From the NCBI GenBank assembly GCA_002897895.1, contig BDSY01000041.1:36276-100275 (forward strand): a stretch of DNA of 64,000 nucleotides, written 5' to 3'. Numbering within the stretch: the stretch's first letter is position 1; every line of letters begins with the position of its first letter. This document shows, piece by piece, positions 1 through 10,971 of the stretch. The notes below the pieces were generated by a model. That model searched no databases. It was not told the origin of the DNA and worked only from the letters and a program-made list of their open reading frames with translations. The translations under genes and the position numbers were made by a program. The stretch comes from a bacterium BMS3Abin06 (GTDB taxonomy: Bacteria; Nitrospirota; Thermodesulfovibrionia; UBA6902).

Positions 1-305
1 CTCTTATCGTGCTTGTTGATATGGAGATTGTTCAGGCATGGATAGCCATTATTATCATAGCGAGGGAGTTTATTGTAACAGGACTGAGGGTTGTCGCCCT
101 TACCATGGATATTATAATCCCTGCTGAAATGGGCGGCAAGCTGAAAGTAACCGCACAAATTTCGTCCATACTTGTTCTCTTTGTGGATAAGTCATTCATG
201 TTTGCCGATTTATACGCCATTGGAATTACACTGCTCTGGATAGCCATGATCCTCGGTATTGTATCGGGGATTCAGTATTTCATTTTATTCTGGAAACGTG
301 TATGA
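1..305 (+). CDS. pgsA: CDP-diacylglycerol--glycerol-3-phosphate 3-phosphatidyltransferase (5' end outside window)
   Basis: IIIAREFIVTGLR...GKLKV motifs typical of the PgsA C-terminal half; directly upstream of plsY. Confidence 0.85.
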   Translation, partial: LIVLVDMEIVQAWIAIIIIAREFIVTGLRVVALTMDIIIPAEMGGKLKVTAQISSILVLFVDKSFMFADLYAIGITLLWIAMILGIVSGIQYFILFWKRV

Positions 306-961
306 TAAGCGCCGCCCTTTCATTTAACTACTTCTTATATCTGATAATCCCTGCTGCCTTTTTATTGGGCTCTGTTCCTTTTGGGATACTTTTTACCCGA
401 AGCAGGGGAATAGACATAAGAAGCACAGGCAGTAAAAATATCGGGGCTACGAATGTTTTGAGAGCAGCTGGAAAAGCGCCGGCCCTCATGACCCTGGCCG
501 GTGATTTACTAAAGGGGGCCTTATCGGTCATGCTTTGCAGGGTCATAATAATGAATCTGAACCTCGGCGATCAACCCCCGGAATTTGCCGTCACAGTTGA
601 AGACCTCTGGATGGGAATTGCGGGACTGGCTGCTGTACTGGGGCACATGTTTTCAGTATTCCTTTCATTTAAGGGAGGAAAAGGGGTAGCTACAGGCTTT
701 GGTGTGTTATTGGTTTACAGTCCTTTGGTTGCAGGCATAATGCTTCTTGTCTGGCTTTCTGTTGCATTCATTTTCAGGTATTCCTCATTGGCGGCAATAA
801 TTGCGGTTGCTGCAATGCCGTTTATGTTGGCATTGTTTAAATCTTCAGCTATTAAAATTACATTTGGTATATTGCTTGCCGTTCTGATAATCTTTAAACA
901 CAGGGCCAATATCAGGAACATCATTGCAGGGACGGAGTCAGGGATTGGGAAGAATAATTAG
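302..961 (+). CDS. plsY: Glycerol-3-phosphate acyltransferase PlsY
   Basis: LLGSVPFG, GSKNIGATNVLR, GHMFSVFLSFKGGKGVAT, KHRANI motifs. Confidence 0.95.
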   Translation: MISAALSFNYFLYLIIPAAFLLGSVPFGILFTRSRGIDIRSTGSKNIGATNVLRAAGKAPALMTLAGDLLKGALSVMLCRVIIMNLNLGDQPPEFAVTVEDLWMGIAGLAAVLGHMFSVFLSFKGGKGVATGFGVLLVYSPLVAGIMLLVWLSVAFIFRYSSLAAIIAVAAMPFMLALFKSSAIKITFGILLAVLIIFKHRANIRNIIAGTESGIGKNN

Positions 962-993
962 GAATTAGGAATTAGGAATTAGGAATTACGAAT
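956..993. repeat. Heptamer tandem repeat (AATTAGG)n between plsY and queC
   Basis: aattaggaattaggaattaggaattaggaattacgaat read directly. Confidence 0.85.
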
Positions 994-1747
994 GTCATTT
1001 AAAGATATGAAACTTGCAGTAGTTCTTTTGAGCGGCGGTGTTGATTCCACAACTACGTTGGCTATAGCCAAAGCTGAAGGCCGTGAAATATATGCCCTGA
1101 GTTTTGCCTATGGACAGAGGCATAAGATAGAACTTGAATCAGCCCGCAGGATCGCAGAAAAATTCAATGTAAAAAAATATCGTGTTGTCAATTTCGATCT
1201 CAGGGACATAGGCGGTTCTGCGCTTACTTCTGATATGGAAGTGCCTAAATCCATGAAACGGGGAAGCGGAGAAACGGAGAGACGGAGAAATGAACATGTT
1301 ATCCCCGTGTCGGATAGCATCCCCGTTACATATGTTCCGGCCAGAAATACTATCTTCCTCTCCTTTGCCCTGGCATGGGCGGAAACACTTGAAGCTGAAG
1401 ATATTTTTATCGGGGCAAATGCCGTTGATTACAGCGGCTATCCTGATTGCAGGCCTGAATTTATCAAGGCTTTTGAAGATATGGCAAACCTGGCCACAAA
1501 AGCATCTGTTGAAGGAAAGGTTAAGTTCAAAATACAGGTTCCGTTAATAAAACTCACCAAAGCTGAAATAATCAAAAAAGGGACTGAACTTGGTGTTGAC
1601 TATTCCCTGACCTGGAGTTGTTACGACCCTGTTACAGAACAGAACAAAGAATCAGGACAATATAAGCCGTGCATGCGATGCGACAGTTGCCGGTTAAGGG
1701 CCAAAGGATTTAAGGAAGCAGGGGTAAAAGACCCTTTAATAACTTAA
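992..1747 (+). CDS. queC: 7-cyano-7-deazaguanine synthase QueC
   Basis: [29 protein letters not shown]...CMRCDSC zinc motif. Confidence 0.96.
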   Translation: MSFKDMKLAVVLLSGGVDSTTTLAIAKAEGREIYALSFAYGQRHKIELESARRIAEKFNVKKYRVVNFDLRDIGGSALTSDMEVPKSMKRGSGETERRRNEHVIPVSDSIPVTYVPARNTIFLSFALAWAETLEAEDIFIGANAVDYSGYPDCRPEFIKAFEDMANLATKASVEGKVKFKIQVPLIKLTKAEIIKKGTELGVDYSLTWSCYDPVTEQNKESGQYKPCMRCDSCRLRAKGFKEAGVKDPLIT

Positions 1748-1880
1748 AGCAAATCATTTGCCTGCAGCCATCATCCAAGGCATCAAAACAGTAGTAATAA
1801 TCCCGCTCAACAGTCCCGGCTTCAGCCCGCTCTCCGGGAATGAAAGACTGATTGCTATCAGTAGCTGTTAATGTTAAAGG

Positions 1881-4800
1881 TTAACTCAAAAGAAAATTGA
1901 AATCGGATTTGGAAATTGAGAGGTTTTTTTTGCTTCCTTTTGTATCGTCCATAACAGCTTTGTAAAGGGCGAGCTTCTTTTTCTTCAGCTTCATCATCTT
2001 CTCTTCTATTGTGTGATGTGTGAGTATCCTCGTGACCGTTACCTTGTTTTTCTGGCCTATCCGGTGCGCCCTGTCGGATGCCTGGTTTTCTACTGCAGGG
2101 TTCCACCACGGGTCAAGGTGAAAGACATAGGATGCCTTTGTGAGGTTCAGTCCCTGTCCGCCTGCCTTGAGGCTCAGGAGGAATACGGCAGGGCCTTTTT
2201 CAGACTGGAATTTTTCGATGAGCTTTTTTCTCTTGCCCACAGGTGTAGAGCCGTCTAACCTGATGAAATCCATCCTGTTTTTTCCAAGGTCTTTTTCGAG
2301 TATATCCAGAAATGATGTGAACTGTGAAAATACAAGTGAGCTGTGGTCTTCGTCCTGAAGTTCTTTAAGCTGGGCAATAAGGAAATCAATCTTGGGCGAG
2401 GCTTCTTTTATGTCTCCGGATATCAGGGCCGGGGAGACGCATAACTGCCTGAGTTTTAAAATCGCCGTAAGGGCAATAATCTTTGCCTGTGCCGCTGTCT
2501 TGCTTTTGTAAGCATCGTCGATTTTTGATTTGACCTGCTCCACGGTCTTTTTGTAAAGGGCCTTCTGCTTTTCAGTCAGTTCAAGGTAGATATCGTTCTC
2601 TATCTTCGGGGGCAGCTCTTTTAATATCTTCTCCTTGGTCCTTCGAAGGACAAACGGTCTTGTCCTGTTAATTATCATGTCCAGGGCAGGTGAGGCATCC
2701 TGTTTTATCAGGGGTTTGAATTTCTCGTATTCACCTAACAGTCCGGGAAGGACAAGGTCAATGATCGAGTAGTATTCCCCGACGTGGTTTTCAAGCGGCG
2801 TGCCTGTCACTGCCATATTGAAATTGGCGCTGAGCTGCCTCACGGCCCCTGTTGTATCAGCGTATATGTTTTTTATTGCCTGGGCCTCGTCAAATATGAT
2901 TACATCAAAGCGGATATTTTTGAGCTTTTCAATGTCCCTGCGCACAAGGCCGTATGTTGTAAGCACGATATCATATCCTTCAAATGAGGTGTCCCGTTCT
3001 TTGCCTGTATAGAGATATATCTTCAGCCGCGGATAGAATCTGTTTATCTCGTTTTCCCAGTTAAAGAGGAGACTCGGCGGGACTACTATAAGGTGTGCAG
3101 ATGATTTTTCTTTGACGGGAAATTTAACCAGACCTTCCTTTATCCCGCCGAGCAGGGTAATTGCCTGGATAGTTTTTCCTAATCCCATGTCATCAGCGAG
3201 GCATGAGCCGAACCTGTTCTCGTAGAGAAATGAAAGCCAGTAGTAGCCCTCTTTCTGATACGGCCTGAGCTTTGCTTTCAGTTTTGAGGGCAGGGGGCGT
3301 GCATTGATTTTTTCAAAGCGGCCCAGGCGTTCCATTATCTCTTCATCTTCGGGAGGGAGCTTGACCTTAACCCCGCTGCGCCTGAGCTCTACCCAGTCCA
3401 GAATCTGAAGCCTCGGGACCCGTACTATCTCTTTTTCCCTTGCGCTGCTCTTTGACAGGTTTCCGTTTTGGTATATCGTTGAGATAATATTGAATATTCT
3501 CTGTGCATTGGTGTCCATTATCCGTATGGCGCCGTCCCTGTCCGCTACTGTTTTTTTCCTGAGCATCTCCATCCATTCTGCTTCGTCAACGAGTTTGCCG
3601 TCGCACCTGATCTGGGGTTTGATCTCAAACCAGTCTATCCCTGTTCTCCTGTTTGCATCAAAGGCAAAGTCCCACTTTGATTCGAGCACTCGCCGGCTAT
3701 TGAAGAATAACTCAATATTGTGCTCCCTGAATTTTTCATAAAGCAGCGGCAGTTTTTCATACAGGACTTGAGACGGTACCTGCATTTCATCGTGTTCGGA
3801 AATGCCTTTAAATATCTGCCAGCCGAAAATCTCATAGGGGATTTTGTAAAGCATGGCCTCTTTTTCTTTATCAACAGGAGATACAATCCAGTTTCCGTCA
3901 TGTAACTGCAATTGTTTTTCATTAGCCAGAAAGACCCCGAGGTAATCATTGAGGAATCTGCGGGCCTCACGTTTTATCGGGGCGCGTTTAAAGTCTCCTT
4001 GCGACAGAACATCCTTAATTGTCCTGATCGCGCCTGTTTTTGTATTGGCTGAGATCATCTCAAAGAATGCCCTGTACAGGAATGCCCTCCGTTTATTAGC
4101 CCTTAAGAAGCTGCTGAGTCTGTAATCTATTGACCTGAAGAAATCGAAGAGATTAAATGAAGGGGACTGTATTAAACCGTTGAGGCTGCATTCGGCCTTT
4201 ATTATAAAAAAATCACCTTTTTGTTTTGCCGGAGTGACGGTTGCCCGGTACGTATGTGTGGCTTCCGTTATTTTGCATTCACTGCCCTGCGTTCTCATGA
4301 TCAGGTCATCAGGTATCACTTTATCCGCAGGCGGTGAAGGAAAGATGATCTGGATTTTTTTAAACCTCCGTGCCGCTATCCTGAATGATTCCTTTGGCGC
4401 TTTCATAGTGAAATCATCGTCATAACCGGTGAAGTCCAGTAAGTTATTCCAAAGCCTCCAGCCAATGGTGTTTTTTAAATATCCTGTCTTTCCCGCGTCA
4501 AGAGCAATAATAAAATCATTTTCAATAAAAAAATTGCCGATCTCCCTGCCTTTGTCAATGCAGAGTTTTTGCACTATTACATGATTTTTCTTTGTATCTA
4601 TTTCTGTTTTGCATGAGTAAGACAGAGATTCATCAAATTCAAGTGCTTTCTCCCTGCCGCCGGTTTTAAGGATAACCGGATGTTTATTGCCGTATTCGCG
4701 GAGGTATCTTTTAAAGTAGTAAAGTGAATAAGAGGGCGCTGATACTAATGATTCAAGCTCCATGGGGGTGCCTTTTGCATAAGGACGTACTCTCCTGTTA

Positions 4801-5303
4801 TGGTTCATAACATATACTTCGGGACCTGAAGAATTCAGTTCGAGAGTGATGGAATATCCGGCGGACTCGGCTGATTTATCCGGTATCGGTGCTGCGGCAA
4901 CCGTGTTGAAGAAACGCGCGGATATGGAATTTCTGTACTCAAGATCCTGTGACGGATATCTGAAAGAGGCAGGCTGCAAGATGTTTTTTATCGTGATGAG
5001 CGTGCAGATAACATGCCTGCATTGAGTGTACGGCGTCCATGCAGGGCAGTTGCAGAATAGCGAAAGATAATTGCCGGTCTGAGAAATATCAACCGTATAA
5101 TGCCTGCCACCGCGTACTATGGCAGTGAGCGTAGAGAGATCATCATTCCATTTGAAGTCCAGCAGGCTCTTGGTTTTATAATAATCAAACCCTCGAAGCA
5201 CATACTCCTTTGGGGCCATGGAATAAATTGAATTGGCCTGAAAAGATTCAAGGGCATTAAACAGGTTTTTTTGATTAACGTCGATTATATTATCATTTAA
5301 CAT
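1881..5303 (-). CDS. SWIM zinc-finger / SNF2-family helicase
   Basis: N-terminal CNC..CRH SWIM motif; LADDMGLGKT, DEAQ, TGTPLEN, QASDRAHRIGQ helicase motifs. Confidence 0.92.
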   Translation of the reverse strand: MLNDNIIDVNQKNLFNALESFQANSIYSMAPKEYVLRGFDYYKTKSLLDFKWNDDLSTLTAIVRGGRHYTVDISQTGNYLSLFCNCPAWTPYTQCRHVICTLITIKNILQPASFRYPSQDLEYRNSISARFFNTVAAAPIPDKSAESAGYSITLELNSSGPEVYVMNHNRRVRPYAKGTPMELESLVSAPSYSLYYFKRYLREYGNKHPVILKTGGREKALEFDESLSYSCKTEIDTKKNHVIVQKLCIDKGREIGNFFIENDFIIALDAGKTGYLKNTIGWRLWNNLLDFTGYDDDFTMKAPKESFRIAARRFKKIQIIFPSPPADKVIPDDLIMRTQGSECKITEATHTYRATVTPAKQKGDFFIIKAECSLNGLIQSPSFNLFDFFRSIDYRLSSFLRANKRRAFLYRAFFEMISANTKTGAIRTIKDVLSQGDFKRAPIKREARRFLNDYLGVFLANEKQLQLHDGNWIVSPVDKEKEAMLYKIPYEIFGWQIFKGISEHDEMQVPSQVLYEKLPLLYEKFREHNIELFFNSRRVLESKWDFAFDANRRTGIDWFEIKPQIRCDGKLVDEAEWMEMLRKKTVADRDGAIRIMDTNAQRIFNIISTIYQNGNLSKSSAREKEIVRVPRLQILDWVELRRSGVKVKLPPEDEEIMERLGRFEKINARPLPSKLKAKLRPYQKEGYYWLSFLYENRFGSCLADDMGLGKTIQAITLLGGIKEGLVKFPVKEKSSAHLIVVPPSLLFNWENEINRFYPRLKIYLYTGKERDTSFEGYDIVLTTYGLVRRDIEKLKNIRFDVIIFDEAQAIKNIYADTTGAVRQLSANFNMAVTGTPLENHVGEYYSIIDLVLPGLLGEYEKFKPLIKQDASPALDMIINRTRPFVLRRTKEKILKELPPKIENDIYLELTEKQKALYKKTVEQVKSKIDDAYKSKTAAQAKIIALTAILKLRQLCVSPALISGDIKEASPKIDFLIAQLKELQDEDHSSLVFSQFTSFLDILEKDLGKNRMDFIRLDGSTPVGKRKKLIEKFQSEKGPAVFLLSLKAGGQGLNLTKASYVFHLDPWWNPAVENQASDRAHRIGQKNKVTVTRILTHHTIEEKMMKLKKKKLALYKAVMDDTKGSKKNLSISKSDFNFLLS

Positions 5304-5398
5304 AACTGATTCCTGTTGAGGAAATTCCAGGTTGTTACACTGGTACTAAATTACACCAGATACCCCCCGGAGTTCAAGTGCGTGGTCAACCGGACGGG

Positions 5399-5424
5399 CA
5401 GGGGCAATTCATAAATTGCCCCTG
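5399..5424. repeat. REP-like palindrome CAGGGGCAATT-CATA-AATTGCCCCTG
   Basis: Perfect 11-bp inverted repeat in the intergenic region. Confidence 0.55.
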
Positions 5425-5457
5425 AATCTTGCCGCAACATCGTTTTTCAGTGCGCAC

Positions 5458-5486
5458 TTGCGTACATGCATATTCTATGGTATTAA
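5458..5486 (+). promoter_or_regulatory. Putative sigma70 promoter for the selenoglutaredoxin
   Basis: TTGCGT-17 nt-TATTAA with TG extension, followed by AGGAGG RBS and ATG at 5508. Confidence 0.45.
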
Positions 5487-5507
5487 GTAATTAAAAGGAG
5501 GCGGCTC

Positions 5508-5744
5508 ATGAGTGATAAAAACATAGTTGTCTACAGCCAGCCGGGCTGAATTTTCTGCGAAAAAGTGAAAGAGTATCTTTCACAAAAAAAGGTTGAATTC
5601 ACTGAACGTGATGTCTCAAAAGATGCGGAAGCCGTAATTGACTTAAAGAATATGGGAGTTATGACTACACCGGTTACCGTAATTGAGGACCAGGTAGTGG
5701 TCGGCTTTGACCGGCAGAAAATTGAACAACTGCTGGGTATCTGA
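5508..5744 (+). CDS. Selenocysteine-containing glutaredoxin/NrdH-like redoxin (UxxC), 78 aa
   Basis: Manual translation MSDKNIVVYSQPG-U(TGA 5547-5549)-IFCEKVKEYLSQKKVEFTERDVSKD...MGVMTTPVTVIEDQVVVGFDRQKIEQLLGI; strong RBS; SECIS-like hairpin downstream. Confidence 0.88.
5565..5583 (+). promoter_or_regulatory. Bacterial SECIS-like hairpin of the glutaredoxin
   Basis: GTGAAAGA-GTA-TCTTTCAC perfect 8-bp stem; loop starts with G about 23 nt after the UGA. Confidence 0.7.
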
Positions 5745-5772
5745 ATATTTGCTATTGAAGCAGGTTCAGAGG

Positions 5773-5976
5773 TTATCCGGCTATCCTGTAACCGGCGTTC
5801 CTGACGGCATCTGTAATTGTATCCGTATCTGTCTTTGACTCGTCATAAACAACCTTTGCAGTACCTACCGCAACTTCCGAGGCGCTTACTCCTTCAACGC
5901 CCTCAATGGCCTTTTTGACACTCATTACACAATGCCCGCAGCTCATGCCGTCTATTTTCAATGTGATTTCAGACAT
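5773..5976 (-). CDS. copZ: Copper chaperone CopZ (HMA domain)
   Basis: GMSCGHC motif; divergent from copA; ATG at 5976 preceded by GGAGG. Confidence 0.92.
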   Translation of the reverse strand: MSEITLKIDGMSCGHCVMSVKKAIEGVEGVSASEVAVGTAKVVYDESKTDTDTITDAVRNAGYRIAG

Positions 5977-6177
5977 TTCATCCCTCCATGATTGATTCAA
6001 TAACCGATTGTTTTCTTAATCCAAAATTTACAACTAAATTGTGAAGAAAATATGAAAGAAAAATTTGTAATACCTATTTTTAACGGGTTTGATGATATAA
6101 TTTTTATGGAGAGAACAAATCATCTTTTCCCCCGGACGAATACAGAGGGATAGAAAGGCTTTAAAGGAAGGAGCATC

Positions 6178-8850
6178 ATGGTTAAAGATCCGGTTTGCGG
6201 TATGGAGATTGAAGAGAAAAGCGCCGCAGGGATGTCTGAATATAAAGGCAGGATTTATTATTTTTGCGCAAAACCCTGCAAGGAAGATTTCGATAAAGAC
6301 CCTGATAGATTTGTAAAAGACGGGGCAGGAGAAGCATGTCCCCTGCCGGAACTGTCAAAAGAAGAGGTTATACAGCCGGATGAAAGATCAACCGGGTCCA
6401 AAAGGATAGACATCCCCATAACCGGCATGACCTGTGCGTCGTGCGCATCCAGAATTCAGAATGTGCTTTCAAGACTTAATGGAGTAGAAAGCGCTGCGGT
6501 AAATTTTGCTGCTGAAAGGGCAACAGTGTTTTACAATCCATCGCAAGCTTCGGTTGATGATTTTATAAGCACGATCAAGGACCAGGGATATGGAGTTTCA
6601 GCCTCAAGGGTTACCATTCCGATAAAAGGTATGTCTTGCGCTTCATGTGTAAAAAAAGTACAGGATTCTCTCCTCTCATTAAACGGCGTTTTTTCAGCCA
6701 GAGTAAATCCGGCAACGGAAAAAGCAACTGTTGAATACTCAACTGCACAGGTTGGGATGAGGGATTTTAAAAAGGCCATCAGGGATACAGGTTATGACAT
6801 CGTGGAGATTGAAGAGGGGGAGGACATAGTTGAGAAAGAAAAAAGAGAGAGGGAGAAGGAGTATAAGAAACTAAAAACCAGGGTCATCGCCGGAGCCGCA
6901 CTTACTCTCCCGATATTCCTTCTTGTATTCTGGGAAAGAGCAGGGCTGTCCGCAATTGTAGACATACCTCAACAAACAGGCTTTCTGCTTCAATTTATAA
7001 TCCAGACGCCTGTCCAGTTCTGGGTGGGCCGGCAGTTCTATACAGGCGCTATAGCCGCTGCACGCCACAGAACTACAAATATGAATACCCTGATAGCCGT
7101 GGGAACATCGGCTGCGTATGTTTACAGCGTGACAGCGACTTTTTTCCCCTCTGTGTTTGAGATAGAGGGTTATGCAGCTCACGTGTATTTTGATACGGCT
7201 GCAACGATTATTGTGCTTATCCTGCTCGGAAGGCTGTTTGAGGCGCGGGCAAAAGGCAAGACTTCCGAGGCAATAAAAAAACTTATGGGCCTTCAGCCCA
7301 GAACAGCGAGAGTTGTCAGAGACGGCCGGGAACAGGATATACCGATAGAAGAAGTAGAAACAGGGGATATTATTATTGTCAGGCCGGGTGAGAAGATTCC
7401 GGTAGACGGAATCATAAGAGAGGGATATTCATCAGTTGATGAGTCCATGATTTCAGGTGAATCCATACCTGTTGAAAAAAAAGCCGGTGATGAGGTAATC
7501 GGGGCTACTATAAATAAAACAGGCTCATTTAAATTTGAGGCAACCAAGGTCGGCAGGGACACCATGCTGTCTCAAATTATCAGCATGGTTCAGGAGGCGC
7601 AGGGTTCCAGGCCGCCGATAGCCAGGCTTGCGGATAAAATAGCGTCGATTTTTGTTCCGGCAGTAATCGGCATTGCTTCAATAACTTTTATAATATGGTT
7701 TTTCTTTGGGCCTGAGCCGGCATTAACCTATGCGCTATTAAATTTTATAGCTGTTATGATCATAGCCTGTCCGTGCGCACTTGGCCTTGCTACACCAACA
7801 TCGATAATGGTAGGAACGGGTAAAGGCGCTGAAAACGGCATATTGATACGTGGCGCAGAGGCGCTTGAAACAGCGCATAAAATAAATACTATTGTCTTTG
7901 ATAAGACCGGCACATTGACAAAGGGGGAGCCGGTGGTTACGGACGTAATTGTGAGTCAAAAGTCAGGAGTCAGGAGTCGGGAAATATTATTTTACGCGGC
8001 CTCTGCTGAAAAGGGTTCCGAGCATCCTCTTGGAGAGGCTATAGTAAATAAAGCAAAAGAAAAAAATATCGATCTGAAAGACCCGTCTGTTTTCCAGGCT
8101 GTTCCAGGTCACGGGATTAAAGCAAAAGTTGATAGTAAAAATGTACTTCTCGGGAATGCGGATTTTATTGAAGATGAAAAAATAAATATTGATGATCTCA
8201 AAAGTAAGTCTGAAGAACTTTCCGGTGAAGGGAAAACACCTGTGTATATTGCAGTGGACGGAATTGCGATCGGGATAGTAGCTGTTGCCGATACATTAAA
8301 AGATAATTCTGTTGCAGCGATAAAGGCGCTTCGTAAACTCGGCGTTGAAACTGTAATGATCACGGGTGACAACAAAAGGACTGCTATGGCTATTGCAAAG
8401 CAGGTCGGGATAGACAGGGTTTTGGCAGGGGTATTGCCCCCGGACAAGGCAAAAGAAGTTAAGAAGCTCCAATCGGAAAACAAGGTTGTCGGCATGGTTG
8501 GCGACGGCATCAATGACGCGCCCGCGCTTGCGCAGGCGGATGTGGGCATAGCAATTGGAACAGGCGCCGACGTTGCAATGGAGGCATCCGATATTACTTT
8601 AATAGGCGGTGACCTGAAGGGGGTTGTTGCATCAATAGCCCTTTCAAAGGCAACGATCAGAAACATCAAGCAAAATCTTTTCTGGGCCTTTGCTTACAAT
8701 ACAGTATTAATTCCTGTTGCAGCAGGTATTCTCTTCCCCTTCTTCGGAATACTCCTGAATCCGATGTTTGCAGCGGCGGCAATGGGGATGTCTTCGGTTA
8801 CAGTGGTGACAAATGCGTTGAGATTGAGGAAGTTTAAATTCAGTATTTGA
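6178..8850 (+). CDS. copA: Cu(I)-translocating P1B-type ATPase with N-terminal YHS and two HMA domains
   Basis: DPVCGM (YHS), 2x GMx[27 protein letters not shown]/MxxSS motifs. Confidence 0.95.
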   Translation: MVKDPVCGMEIEEKSAAGMSEYKGRIYYFCAKPCKEDFDKDPDRFVKDGAGEACPLPELSKEEVIQPDERSTGSKRIDIPITGMTCASCASRIQNVLSRLNGVESAAVNFAAERATVFYNPSQASVDDFISTIKDQGYGVSASRVTIPIKGMSCASCVKKVQDSLLSLNGVFSARVNPATEKATVEYSTAQVGMRDFKKAIRDTGYDIVEIEEGEDIVEKEKREREKEYKKLKTRVIAGAALTLPIFLLVFWERAGLSAIVDIPQQTGFLLQFIIQTPVQFWVGRQFYTGAIAAARHRTTNMNTLIAVGTSAAYVYSVTATFFPSVFEIEGYAAHVYFDTAATIIVLILLGRLFEARAKGKTSEAIKKLMGLQPRTARVVRDGREQDIPIEEVETGDIIIVRPGEKIPVDGIIREGYSSVDESMISGESIPVEKKAGDEVIGATINKTGSFKFEATKVGRDTMLSQIISMVQEAQGSRPPIARLADKIASIFVPAVIGIASITFIIWFFFGPEPALTYALLNFIAVMIIACPCALGLATPTSIMVGTGKGAENGILIRGAEALETAHKINTIVFDKTGTLTKGEPVVTDVIVSQKSGVRSREILFYAASAEKGSEHPLGEAIVNKAKEKNIDLKDPSVFQAVPGHGIKAKVDSKNVLLGNADFIEDEKINIDDLKSKSEELSGEGKTPVYIAVDGIAIGIVAVADTLKDNSVAAIKALRKLGVETVMITGDNKRTAMAIAKQVGIDRVLAGVLPPDKAKEVKKLQSENKVVGMVGDGINDAPALAQADVGIAIGTGADVAMEASDITLIGGDLKGVVASIALSKATIRNIKQNLFWAFAYNTVLIPVAAGILFPFFGILLNPMFAAAAMGMSSVTVVTNALRLRKFKFSI

Positions 8851-8863
8851 AGAATGTTTTAAA

Positions 8864-9010
8864 TAGAGTCTGTGTATAAACTGCTGTTTTTTATTTTCGT
8901 CATGCCCGAAGTCTGTAATCGGGCATCCAGAACTCACTGAAAAGACTGGATTCCCGCTCAACAGAATGCGGGAATGACGGCTCAATTGTTATGTTTATAC
9001 ACAGGCTTTA
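8864..9010. mobile_element. MITE-like palindromic element, family A copy 1
   Basis: Terminal inverted repeats TAGAGTCTGTGTATAAAC / GTTTATACACAGGCTTTA with internal hairpins; related copy at 59365-59510. Confidence 0.75.
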
Positions 9011-10378
9011 TTTAAGACTCAATATTTTCCGGGTAGAAGCGATCTCACTGACCTTTGCTTCCGGTAGACCCAACTGCTTTGCAAATGAGCCCGGATAACG
9101 AAGATAATACAAGCCGGCGGTTAACTCCAGGCTGCCTTTTGCATTTTCCGGGACTTTAAAGCGATAAGTTTCTTTTCTAATTTCCGAGGCATTCAGCCGG
9201 TTATCAAATATGATTTTAAACGCATCGTAGGAGAAAAGAGTCTGCTCCCCGTTTTTGTCCAGACAAACAGCCCGATATATACGGCTACCTTTCAGGATGC
9301 CCTTTGCTAAAATTTGATCATCAAATTTTCCTTTGCCGCTTACATCATACATATCTGTTTTCATATCGGAGCCGGCTGGAATAGAGATAACATTATCTCC
9401 AACAGAGGCATTGAGATCAAGAAACAATAGCCTGAGTTCTGCGCTGCCTGAGGGCATTTTATGCCCTGTCCTTGAGTTATCAACAAAGACATCTATCATT
9501 ATCTCATCACCGGGCGATGCAGTAGTCTTATCGATTTCCATGGTCAATGTTAATGCCCCGGTAACCTCTGATTCAGAGTGTGCCCCAGGAAACCTGTGAG
9601 TGTAAAGTTTTGCCCTGTATGGTGCATAGCCCGGCCTCATCTGTGCTGCTTTGCCTGATTCATATATAGGCAGTCCTCCAGCCAGAAATCCCAGAATGTT
9701 CATATGGCAGTCCTGGCACTGAATACCCTCTTTAGCGTAGCTACTGTTTCTCCATTCTGTAAATGTTGAAATTATTTCAAGACCGTGATGGTTGGTGCGG
9801 TTGTGGCATATAGCACAAAATTCACTTTTTGTTTGAAGTTCGGAGTATACATGGTGCCAATTTGTCTCATGTTTGAAAGGCCCTAATTTCCGGTAGCCCG
9901 GCGTCGAGATGTAATTTGCGTTTCCCGGACTTTTTCCTTTATATCCGCTGATAGTGTGGCAAAAATCGCAGATAACTCCGGACATGTCCGGATCAACCTC
10001 TTCTTTTGAGACTATGTATCTCTGTTTTTTTGCGTAAGTAACAGGGGCATGGCAGGCTATACAGGCCTTTGCCTCTTCAGCAAGGCCGTCTTTGGCAAGA
10101 TCGGGCAGTAGTTTTTTGAAGTACGCAGCCTGGAAAACAGGATTCTCAAAGGAGTTTGCATGCATGGACTCCAAGTGTTGATAAAAGATTTTATCATGGC
10201 AGCCCTGGCATAAAGATGACGGCCAATATTCACCGGGCCCGGGCATGCCGGATTTCGGAGGCATGGCCTGGGGAGCTTTTGCAGATTGCGCAGAGACAAA
10301 GGCTGAAATAACAGATAGAAACATGGTCACTGTAATTGCCGTCAAAGCGTATTTTATGTTTGATTTGTAATTCATCAT
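9008..10378 (-). CDS. Periplasmic pentaheme c-type cytochrome (c554/c552-like)
   Basis: Signal peptide; five CxxCH motifs (CQGCH, CIACH, CDFCH, CAICH, CQDCH); the ORF-track start lies inside the upstream MITE. Confidence 0.85.
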   Translation of the reverse strand: MMNYKSNIKYALTAITVTMFLSVISAFVSAQSAKAPQAMPPKSGMPGPGEYWPSSLCQGCHDKIFYQHLESMHANSFENPVFQAAYFKKLLPDLAKDGLAEEAKACIACHAPVTYAKKQRYIVSKEEVDPDMSGVICDFCHTISGYKGKSPGNANYISTPGYRKLGPFKHETNWHHVYSELQTKSEFCAICHNRTNHHGLEIISTFTEWRNSSYAKEGIQCQDCHMNILGFLAGGLPIYESGKAAQMRPGYAPYRAKLYTHRFPGAHSESEVTGALTLTMEIDKTTASPGDEIMIDVFVDNSRTGHKMPSGSAELRLLFLDLNASVGDNVISIPAGSDMKTDMYDVSGKGKFDDQILAKGILKGSRIYRAVCLDKNGEQTLFSYDAFKIIFDNRLNASEIRKETYRFKVPENAKGSLELTAGLYYLRYPGSFAKQLGLPEAKVSEIASTRKILSLK

Positions 10379-10390
10379 AAATTCTAATAT

Positions 10391-10537
10391 ATGAGGCTCT
10401 TGCAAAAGTCTTGTTTTGTCATTCCCGAGGTAGTAATCGGGAATCCGGTTTATTTAAAAAACAAAGACTTCTGGATACCCGTTTTCACGGGTATGACGGC
10501 ACAAGTTATTTTGCAGGGACTTTTGCAAGAGCCCCAT
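10391..10537. mobile_element. MITE-like element, family B copy 1
   Basis: TIRs GAGGCTCTTGCAAAAGTC / GACTTTTGCAAGAGCCCC; near-identical inverted copy at 15984-16130. Confidence 0.8.
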
Positions 10538-10705
10538 AAATATTATATAACACTTTTAAGGCCTCCGTAGTCTTTGAAAAAGTTCCGAATTGATTTGATG
10601 TTGGGTGCATCGGGAAAAAACTAATTTACAATCCCCATAGAAAGAGTTATATTATCACATTCAAGCACAGCGGTTTCGTTCAATCTGTGAAGAAAGGACA
10701 TATCA

Positions 10706-10963
10706 GTGTCAACAATTAATGAACATAGATTGTTTGAAGTGCTCGCAAAAGATGTAAATCTTAGATTTATAGAACCGCATATATATTCAATTTTCCACAA
10801 TGGTGAAAACCCGAACTTCTTTGATAAGATGGCTCGTTTCTACGACATAGTGATATGCAACCCATTATACAACCGTCTCATGTGGGGATATTCAGTGAAA
10901 AACTATACCACATTGGTTCAAGACGCCCTCACAACAAAGCAGTGCTGTGACGAACCAGACTGA
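10706..10963 (+). pseudogene. Probable truncated gene (N-terminal part of a methyltransferase-like protein)
   Basis: RBS plus GTG; FDKMARFYDIVICNPLYNRLMWG resembles the lead-in of class I SAM methyltransferases, but the ORF ends before any SAM motif. Confidence 0.35.
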
Positions 10964-10971
10964 CCTTTTCA

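Noticed and set aside
5350-5375. GATACCCCCCGGAG as a CsoR-type copper operator
   Set aside because: Only half of the expected pseudo-palindrome, and not in the copZ/copA intergenic region.
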